Assembly (NCBI GenBank): GCA_044356215.1
Contig: JBIKWQ010000007.1
Span: 77-64,076, forward strand
Direction: 5' to 3'
Length of the DNA stretch: 64,000 bases
Origin: Bdellovibrionota bacterium
GTDB taxonomy: Bacteria; Bdellovibrionota_C; UBA2361; OMII01
In this document: piece after piece, positions 57,784-64,000 of the stretch
Layout: the number at the start of each line of letters is the position of its first letter
Numbering within the stretch: the first letter of the stretch is position 1
Made by a program: the position numbers and the translations under genes
Notes under the pieces: generated by a model
What the model saw: the letters and a program-made list of their open reading frames with translations, nothing else
Told to the model about the DNA's origin: nothing
The model's database searches: none

Positions 57784-58017
57784 ATGAAAACCAAAAACGT
57801 CACTATCTCCCTAGATGAGGACCTGCTCAATGCCGGACGGCGCTATGCCAAACTTAAGGGCACATCAATCAACGAAATGTTTAGGGAGTTCCTCCGCGGT
57901 AAAGTTGTCGCTGATACGGGCAGCGATATAGCGGAAGAGATGATGGACGCGCTCGATGCCGCGCAGGGTGACAGCAAGGAAAGATCGTGGAAGAGAGAAG
58001 ATGCTTACCGACGTTAG
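57784..58017 (+). CDS. vapB: ribbon-helix-helix (CopG/VapB-like) antitoxin
   Basis: RHH-like N-terminus TISLDEDLLNAGRRYAKLKGTSINEMFREFL. Overlaps the downstream PIN gene. Confidence 0.6.
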   Translation: MKTKNVTISLDEDLLNAGRRYAKLKGTSINEMFREFLRGKVVADTGSDIAEEMMDALDAAQGDSKERSWKREDAYRR

Positions 58018-58420
58018 GACTTTCATCGACTCTAACATTCTGCTCTACGCCATCGATCGTCACGATCGGGTTAGGCGGCAGAAGGCCCGCTCGATCCTGA
58101 AAGAATTGATAAAATCAGGGCTCGGGGTCGTATCTACCCAAGTCGCCCAGGAATTCTACGTCATCGCGACAAAGAAGCTTGGCGTGGATCCGCTCGCCGC
58201 TAAGCGGGTAGTTGAGATGCTTTATCAGCTCGATTTCGTATCGGTTAACATTGAACTTATCTTGGCCGCGATAGATTGTAGTATTTTATCTAAGATCTCG
58301 TTCTGGGACGCCCTTATAGTTGTCTCGGCGCGCTCAAGTGGTTGCAAAATTCTTCTCAGCGAAGACCTCGCGGACTCTCGGATCATTAACGGAGTCCGAG
58401 TGCGAAATCCGTTTATTTAA
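58001..58420 (+). CDS. vapC: PIN-domain toxin VapC
   Basis: PIN motif FIDSNILLYA with conserved acidic residues. Start trimmed to MLTDVRTFIDSN, overlapping the vapB stop. Confidence 0.75.
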   Translation: MLTDVRTFIDSNILLYAIDRHDRVRRQKARSILKELIKSGLGVVSTQVAQEFYVIATKKLGVDPLAAKRVVEMLYQLDFVSVNIELILAAIDCSILSKISFWDALIVVSARSSGCKILLSEDLADSRIINGVRVRNPFI

Positions 58421-58467
58421 GTAGACGAAGCGTAAGCGGTCTCTTCAAACCACAGCGCCTCTCTCAC

Positions 58468-59787
58468 CTAATTCTCCGCCGAGTACAACCCCAGAAACTC
58501 CGCTAACGGCTGCACGATGATATTCTCAGGAATGATGCCACGAACACTCGGACTCACCTCGTCGCGGGTAACAATAACAAGCCGTTCAACCTTCTCCTCA
58601 CGTCGCGCCGCGAGGAGAGCGCGAACTTCACGGGATATAGTCTCTGAGCTGTTAAGATCAAAACACACCTGAATTCCAGTCAACCCACCTTGCCCATTCT
58701 CAACGAGAAAATCTACCTCATAACCATTCGACGACAACCAAAAGCCAAAGTGCTCTTTCCGCCGCTGAAGCTCAATATGAACCATGCTCTCAAGCGCGTT
58801 TGTCCACCTCTGCCGCTGAGCGCTCACCTCGTCCGCTAAAACCGAGTCGATACAGTAAAACTTCGATAGGCCTCGTAACTGCTTGCGACGCGAGCGAGAG
58901 TATCTGCGCACTCGAAAAAACAGGTACGCATCCTGGAAGTAGCTAAGGTACTTGGCCAAAGTACGGGGATCATCGAGATTAATCAGCGCTGTTGTCGTTG
59001 TGGCGTTAAACAGCCGCGTATTATCACGGGCTAAAAGTGAGCCTAGCTCGATAAGAGGTATAGGCCGCCTTATCTTTCTCCGCTTGACGATGTCACGAGC
59101 GACGATATCCTGGAAGAGATGTGGATAGATAATCCTCGAGCCCTCAAGGAACGGTTTCGGAAATAGTCCGTACTCCAAGCCCTGATTGATTATTGAGTTA
59201 ACTTCTCCGCGGACCTCAGCCGTCGGAGGCGAATTCGTCGTGTGATAAAAACTCCGCGAACCAAGACGATGCCTCACGATTTCCTTAAACGAGAACGGAA
59301 AGAGCTCTAAGGTAACATAGCGCCCTCCAAGAGCTGTTCCCAACTCCGAGCTTAACATCTCTGAATTTGACCCCGTGACAAACACCTTATAGCGTCGCTT
59401 CTCCGCGAAATATCTAACCCAGCGTTCCCAACCCTCAACATTCTGGACCTCGTCGATAGCGAGTGCTACCGGGCGGGCTTCGTTTGCGTCACTCTGCTCA
59501 CACCAGATCTGGTCACAAAGCTCAAAGTCATCTGGAGTAAAGGCCGTAAGACGTGGCGACTCGAGATCAAGATAAAGCCAGCGGTACTCAGGAGCGCTCT
59601 CGACAATCTGTCTGAGTAGGGTCGACTTGCCACAGCGGCGAACTCCAGTAACCACGGTGACATCTGACGACCTAAGGTGGGGTGCGATCTCTACATCCCG
59701 CTGGATCACCGCCTTATGAGAAAGAAAGAGCTCCTGGTCGTCTGCCAGAATGCGACGAAGGCTAGATTTATCCATAAGTTGCACCAA
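58468..59787 (-). CDS. AAA-family ATPase (AAA_14 + DUF4143 architecture)
   Basis: P-loop GVRRCGKSTLLRQI, Walker B LALDEVQ, and a C-terminal DUF4143-like region. Confidence 0.75.
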   Translation of the reverse strand: MVQLMDKSSLRRILADDQELFLSHKAVIQRDVEIAPHLRSSDVTVVTGVRRCGKSTLLRQIVESAPEYRWLYLDLESPRLTAFTPDDFELCDQIWCEQSDANEARPVALAIDEVQNVEGWERWVRYFAEKRRYKVFVTGSNSEMLSSELGTALGGRYVTLELFPFSFKEIVRHRLGSRSFYHTTNSPPTAEVRGEVNSIINQGLEYGLFPKPFLEGSRIIYPHLFQDIVARDIVKRRKIRRPIPLIELGSLLARDNTRLFNATTTTALINLDDPRTLAKYLSYFQDAYLFFRVRRYSRSRRKQLRGLSKFYCIDSVLADEVSAQRQRWTNALESMVHIELQRRKEHFGFWLSSNGYEVDFLVENGQGGLTGIQVCFDLNSSETISREVRALLAARREEKVERLVIVTRDEVSPSVRGIIPENIIVQPLAEFLGLYSAEN

Positions 59788-59883
59788 ATCGACACATTAA
59801 TTCATGTCTAATGCACTTATTTTACGTTTTTATAGCATTAGAGGCAAGAATAATGTCGATTCCCGCCGCCTTGGCTCCTCCCC

Positions 59884-60606
59884 CTACCCCACAAGATCAG
59901 TAACCACTAAGCACCTCCCAGCCTCCCTCGCTAGCTTTGCTGGACAATCCGCTACTGATACTTCGCTTGACTGAAATCTATTCCAGGCCTCTCTCTTCGC
60001 TTCGCCCAGTGCTAACAAGATACTTAACTTGGCACCTCTAATCAGAGGGACACTCGCTGTAACTCTGGCTGGCGGGAGTTTAGGCGAATCGTAAAAATCT
60101 ATAAAAGCTTTCTTGTTGATACTCAATGCTGGGTGGCGCGAAAACAATCCAGCTATGTGACCATCCTCTCCCATGCCTAAAACAACTACAGAGAAAATCC
60201 CACCAAGCTTCTCAAGCTCAGATAAATACTTCTCGCAATCATTTGCGGCGCTCTCTCTTGAGATCTTTAAGGGATGAAGCTGCTCCTCTGAAACAAACCC
60301 TTCAGCGATTAATTGGTCAAAGAGCTGTTTCTTCAAACCACCAAAATTACTATCCGGATCGCTGAGCGGTACGATTCTCTCGTCTACCATAAAAAAATGC
60401 AGTCGCTTCAGGAGATCTTTAGGTTGGCTTGCAGATTCGGATCGCATGGCTGTTAACAAACCAACTACGCTCCTGCCCCCACATAGAGCCAAAACTAACG
60501 GGGTATCACTCGGGGCATCAGCGAGCGTCTGAAATATCGCCTGCGCAGCGCGCTGCAACTTAATCTCTAATGTACCCTCTGGCGCTAGAATCTCTGTATT
60601 AATCAC
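59884..60606 (-). CDS. pgl: 6-phosphogluconolactonase
   Basis: NagB/Pgl fold motifs LALCGGRSV and FFMVDERIVPLSDPDSNFG. 240 aa. Confidence 0.7.
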   Translation of the reverse strand: MINTEILAPEGTLEIKLQRAAQAIFQTLADAPSDTPLVLALCGGRSVVGLLTAMRSESASQPKDLLKRLHFFMVDERIVPLSDPDSNFGGLKKQLFDQLIAEGFVSEEQLHPLKISRESAANDCEKYLSELEKLGGIFSVVVLGMGEDGHIAGLFSRHPALSINKKAFIDFYDSPKLPPARVTASVPLIRGAKLSILLALGEAKREAWNRFQSSEVSVADCPAKLAREAGRCLVVTDLVG

Positions 60607-63600
60607 GTTCTTTACCTCTTTTAATTAGTGACATTAAAACCGGCAACACCAAGAGCGTTAGCGCGGTTGATGAGAGGATACCACCGATGACTACTGTCGC
60701 CAGCGGCCTCTGAACCTCTGAGCCTGTTCCCTGTGAGATCGCCATCGGCACAAAACCTAATGAAGCGACGAGGGCCGTCATTAAAACCGGTCTTAATCTA
60801 CTAACCGCTCCATGTATTACCGCTGAGATCTGATCCTCTCCTCGATCGATAAGCTTCCTAATAAAAGAAACTAAAACGAGCCCATTTAATACAGAGACAC
60901 CTGATAGCGCTATAAACCCTACGGCGGCTGAGATTGAGAAAGGGATACCGCGCAACCACAAGGCACAGATACCTCCGCACAACGCAAACGGTATGCCTGA
61001 ATAAACCAGCAAGGAATAAATAATCGATCTAAAGGTTACATATATTAGGGCAAATACCGAGATTAGCACGAGCGGAACCACAATCATCAAACGCTTCTCT
61101 GCAGCTATGAGGTGCTCATACTGCCCACCCCATCCAAGCCAGTATCCTGGAGGAGTTTTGACTTCTTGCAATACTCTCTGCTCCGCCTCGGCCACAAACG
61201 AGCCCAAATCTCTGCCTCTCACATTAGCTGTCACAACCACACGTCTCTTGCCATTCTCGCGGCTAATCTGATTTGGCCCCTCACCCACACTTACTTCCGC
61301 AACTTCGTTAAGTGTCACATAAGGCTTGTCCGGGGTTTCTAGCTTAATGGTAGAGCGTTCAGCCGCGACTCCTGGTTTGTGGTTCATCAGGTCTTCCGGC
61401 AAAGAGATCGGAAGCTGCCTAATCGCTTCAATGCTGTGCCTGTCGGTATCTCTGAGCCTTACCACTATTGGGAAGTTTCTGTCCCCTTGATAAAACCTAC
61501 TTACCTCCTCACCAGCATAGGCAGTGCGAACTACCTGCTGAATATCTCCTGCGTTTAATCCCCACCTGGAGATCGTCGCGCGATCTGGCTTAACCGAGAT
61601 CATCGGCAATCCACTTACCTGCTCTACCTTTGCATCAGACGCTCCAGGAATTGAGTTAAGTACCTTCTCAATCTGCTCAGCCTGATCAAAGAGCACAGAT
61701 ATATCATCGCCAAAAACCTTAATCGCGAGATCGCTACGAACTCCCGCGATTAGCTCATTAAAACGCATCTGTATCGGCTGTGTGAATTCGTAATTACTCC
61801 CTGGCACGGCGCGGGCTAATCTCTCGATCTCAGATACTACATCGGCTTTTGGCTTACTCGGATTTGGCCAGAGGGACCTTGGCTTAAGGATTACATAACC
61901 ATCAGCAACACTTGGAGGCATTGGGTCGGTCGCGATCTCTGCGGTACCGATCTTGGCGAAGACCTCACTAACCTCTGGCACCTCTTCTATGGCACGCTCT
62001 AAATGATGCTGCATGTCGATCGACTGAGATAGTGAAGTGCCCGGGATCCTAAGAGCGTGCATAGCGATATCACCCTCATCAAGTGAAGGTACGAACTCTG
62101 AGCCAAGCCGCGAAAATATCGCGATTGAACCTACCAGTAAGCACGCCGCCACAAGGATAACCCGCTTTGGATACCTCACTAGAGATCTCAGCGTCCCTTC
62201 ATAAAGCTCCGAAAACTTACCAAACCATGAGGAGTGTTCCTTGCCCTCGCCCCGCAAGAAGATAGCAACTGCTGCTGGAACAAATGTTAAAGAGAATACA
62301 AAAGCCGCTCCGAGCGCTAGTAACACCGTGATCGCCATTGGGTGGAACATCTTACCTTCGATCCCTGATAGAGCTAGGATCGGTATGTAGACCACCATAA
62401 TTATCAGCTCACCAAACATAGTGGCCTGCCGCACCTCACTAGAGGCGTTGTAGACCAGGTCGAGTCGCTCCGCGCTAGTTAAATTCCGTCCCAGTCGATG
62501 GCGCTCCTCGCGGAGCCGCTTTACACAGTTTTCCACAAGAATAACCGCACCATCTACGATAAGACCAAAATCAAGGGCCCCGAGGCTCATCAGATTAGCG
62601 CTTAACTTAGCTTGGGCCATGCCAAAGATAGTTACAGTCATAGAAAGCGGAATAACACACGCAGTAATTAATGCCGCTCTTAGATTTCCCAACGCGACAA
62701 AGAGAATTATGATCACGAGGACAGCACCCTCAAAGAGGTTTTTACGCACAGTCGCAATCGCATCATTAACTAATCGCGCTCGGTTATATACAGGTTTTAC
62801 TACTACCCCTTCAGGTACTGAACGCGAGATCTCCTCAAGTTTCGTGCTCACCCGCTCTGCGACAGCGCGGCCGTTCTCACCCATCAACATAAATACAGTT
62901 CCGAGAACCACCTCACGGCCGTTTTCTGTAGCGGCCCCTGCACGCAGCTCCGATCCTATATCTACTGAGCCTACATTCTTTATCTGCACCGGTGTTCCTT
63001 CATGAACACCGACAACGATCTCTCCGATCTGATCAGGAATCTCTACCTGAGCCGGAACACGGATAAGAAACTGCTCTCCATTCTGCTCTACAAATCCAGC
63101 TCCGACATTGGCGTTATTGTTCGCAATCGCTATGGAGACATCATTTAGTGTCAGTCCGTAGGCTCTTAGCTTCTCGATATCAGGGCTTACCACTATCTGC
63201 TTAGACGCGCCGCCGATGGAATTTATATCCACTACACCGGCAACAGTCTTCAGTTGTGGCTTTACTACCCAATCCTGAATCTCGCGGAGCTCCTGAAGTG
63301 AGCGAGGACTGGCCGAACCCTCCCTATTCTCGACTATAAACTGAAAGATCTCTCCTAGTCCGGTCGCGATAGGACCCATTAGCGGAGTAACTCCTGCTGG
63401 CAGCCGTCCCCTTGATTCCTGTAGCCTCTGCGCTATTAGCTGCCTGGCGAAATAGATATCAGTTCCATCCTTAAAAACCGCGGTTACCTGCGACAAACCG
63501 TACCGTGAAAGGGAGCGCGTGTATTCAAGAGCCGGCATTCCCGCCAAGATCTGCTCTATGGGGAGCGTGACCCTTTGCTCAACTTCAAAAGGCGAATAAC

Positions 63601-63763
63601 CTTGCGCCTCTGTATTTATCTGCGCCTGAATATTTGTAATATCCGGCACCGCGTCGATTATCAGCCGCTGATACGACACGACACCAACGATCGCCACAAG
63701 CAAAGTGGCGATCATGACACCGTAACGAAAATCTATCGAGAAACGCAGGATCCGATTAAACAT
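60599..63763 (-). CDS. heavy-metal efflux RND transporter, CusA/CzcA family
   Basis: 1054-aa RND permease with CusA/CzcA-like similarity throughout. Confidence 0.9.
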   Translation of the reverse strand: MFNRILRFSIDFRYGVMIATLLVAIVGVVSYQRLIIDAVPDITNIQAQINTEAQGYSPFEVEQRVTLPIEQILAGMPALEYTRSLSRYGLSQVTAVFKDGTDIYFARQLIAQRLQESRGRLPAGVTPLMGPIATGLGEIFQFIVENREGSASPRSLQELREIQDWVVKPQLKTVAGVVDINSIGGASKQIVVSPDIEKLRAYGLTLNDVSIAIANNNANVGAGFVEQNGEQFLIRVPAQVEIPDQIGEIVVGVHEGTPVQIKNVGSVDIGSELRAGAATENGREVVLGTVFMLMGENGRAVAERVSTKLEEISRSVPEGVVVKPVYNRARLVNDAIATVRKNLFEGAVLVIIILFVALGNLRAALITACVIPLSMTVTIFGMAQAKLSANLMSLGALDFGLIVDGAVILVENCVKRLREERHRLGRNLTSAERLDLVYNASSEVRQATMFGELIIMVVYIPILALSGIEGKMFHPMAITVLLALGAAFVFSLTFVPAAVAIFLRGEGKEHSSWFGKFSELYEGTLRSLVRYPKRVILVAACLLVGSIAIFSRLGSEFVPSLDEGDIAMHALRIPGTSLSQSIDMQHHLERAIEEVPEVSEVFAKIGTAEIATDPMPPSVADGYVILKPRSLWPNPSKPKADVVSEIERLARAVPGSNYEFTQPIQMRFNELIAGVRSDLAIKVFGDDISVLFDQAEQIEKVLNSIPGASDAKVEQVSGLPMISVKPDRATISRWGLNAGDIQQVVRTAYAGEEVSRFYQGDRNFPIVVRLRDTDRHSIEAIRQLPISLPEDLMNHKPGVAAERSTIKLETPDKPYVTLNEVAEVSVGEGPNQISRENGKRRVVVTANVRGRDLGSFVAEAEQRVLQEVKTPPGYWLGWGGQYEHLIAAEKRLMIVVPLVLISVFALIYVTFRSIIYSLLVYSGIPFALCGGICALWLRGIPFSISAAVGFIALSGVSVLNGLVLVSFIRKLIDRGEDQISAVIHGAVSRLRPVLMTALVASLGFVPMAISQGTGSEVQRPLATVVIGGILSSTALTLLVLPVLMSLIKRGKERD

Positions 63764-63771
63764 GCGATCTC

Positions 63772-64000
63772 CTAGTGGTCGTGGCTAGCGCCTGATTTAA
63801 GAATATCAGCTTTAATTAGGAATGAGTTCTCTGAAACATACTCTTCATTCGCCTTTAGGCCGCTCAAGATCTCAACGTATTGATCATCTCCGCGTCCCAA
63901 TACTACTGGCCTAGCCTCATAGGTATCTCCGAATCGAAGGAAGACCACATCCCACGAGCGAAACCTCTGCACAGCCGAACGTTTTACCGCGACTGGAGCT
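63772..64000 (-). CDS. RND efflux membrane-fusion protein (CusB/CzcB-like). C-terminal part only; the gene runs off the window.
   Basis: C-terminal beta-barrel/MP domain-like sequence ending in a His-rich tail (SGASHDH). Positioned immediately upstream of the RND pump. Confidence 0.55.
   Translation of the reverse strand, partial: APVAVKRSAVQRFRSWDVVFLRFGDTYEARPVVLGRGDDQYVEILSGLKANEEYVSENSFLIKADILKSGASHDH

Overview
This is a 64 kb bacterial chromosomal segment with roughly 50% GC. It is gene-dense and carries housekeeping genes with Gram-negative envelope features (Skp, LolA-like, LpxL, PpiD, a CusA/CzcA RND pump). The archaeal-type ProRS, GatCAB, PdxST and a sigma-54 activator are compatible with a delta-proteobacterium or Bdellovibrio-like lineage, but the lineage is not certain.

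Main contents:
- Housekeeping genes: infC, fumC, skp, recQ, rpiA, fabD, trhO, an archaeal/eukaryotic-type proS, kup, pdxS-pdxT, rfbC, lpxL, sthA, gatCAB, a ppiD-like chaperone, pgl and gntK.
- A contiguous phenylalanine/tyrosine catabolic island (about 21.1-31.8 kb): a tandem AsnC/Lrp regulator, an MTA/SAH-nucleosidase-like gene, a conserved hypothetical, then fahA-hppD, a convergent hmgA plus acetoacetyl-CoA synthetase, and phhA-phhB. No recognisable maleylacetoacetate isomerase or tyrosine aminotransferase is present.
- A TroR/MntR-regulated TroABCD-type Mn/Zn ABC transporter.
- A sigma-54-dependent two-component pair.
- A VapBC toxin-antitoxin pair beside an AAA ATPase.
- tRNA-Gln(CUG) and tRNA-Glu(CUC).

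The most striking sequence-level signal is two unnamed families of palindromic MITE-like intergenic repeats. Family A has five full copies of about 160 bp. Each is flanked by 9-10 bp direct repeats that look like target-site duplications, and there is an additional degenerate tandem block. Family B has two copies of about 190 bp. One family-A copy is nested inside a family-B copy, and one family-B copy supplies the stop codon of a small ORF.

I saw no rRNA, no CRISPR array and no obvious prophage.
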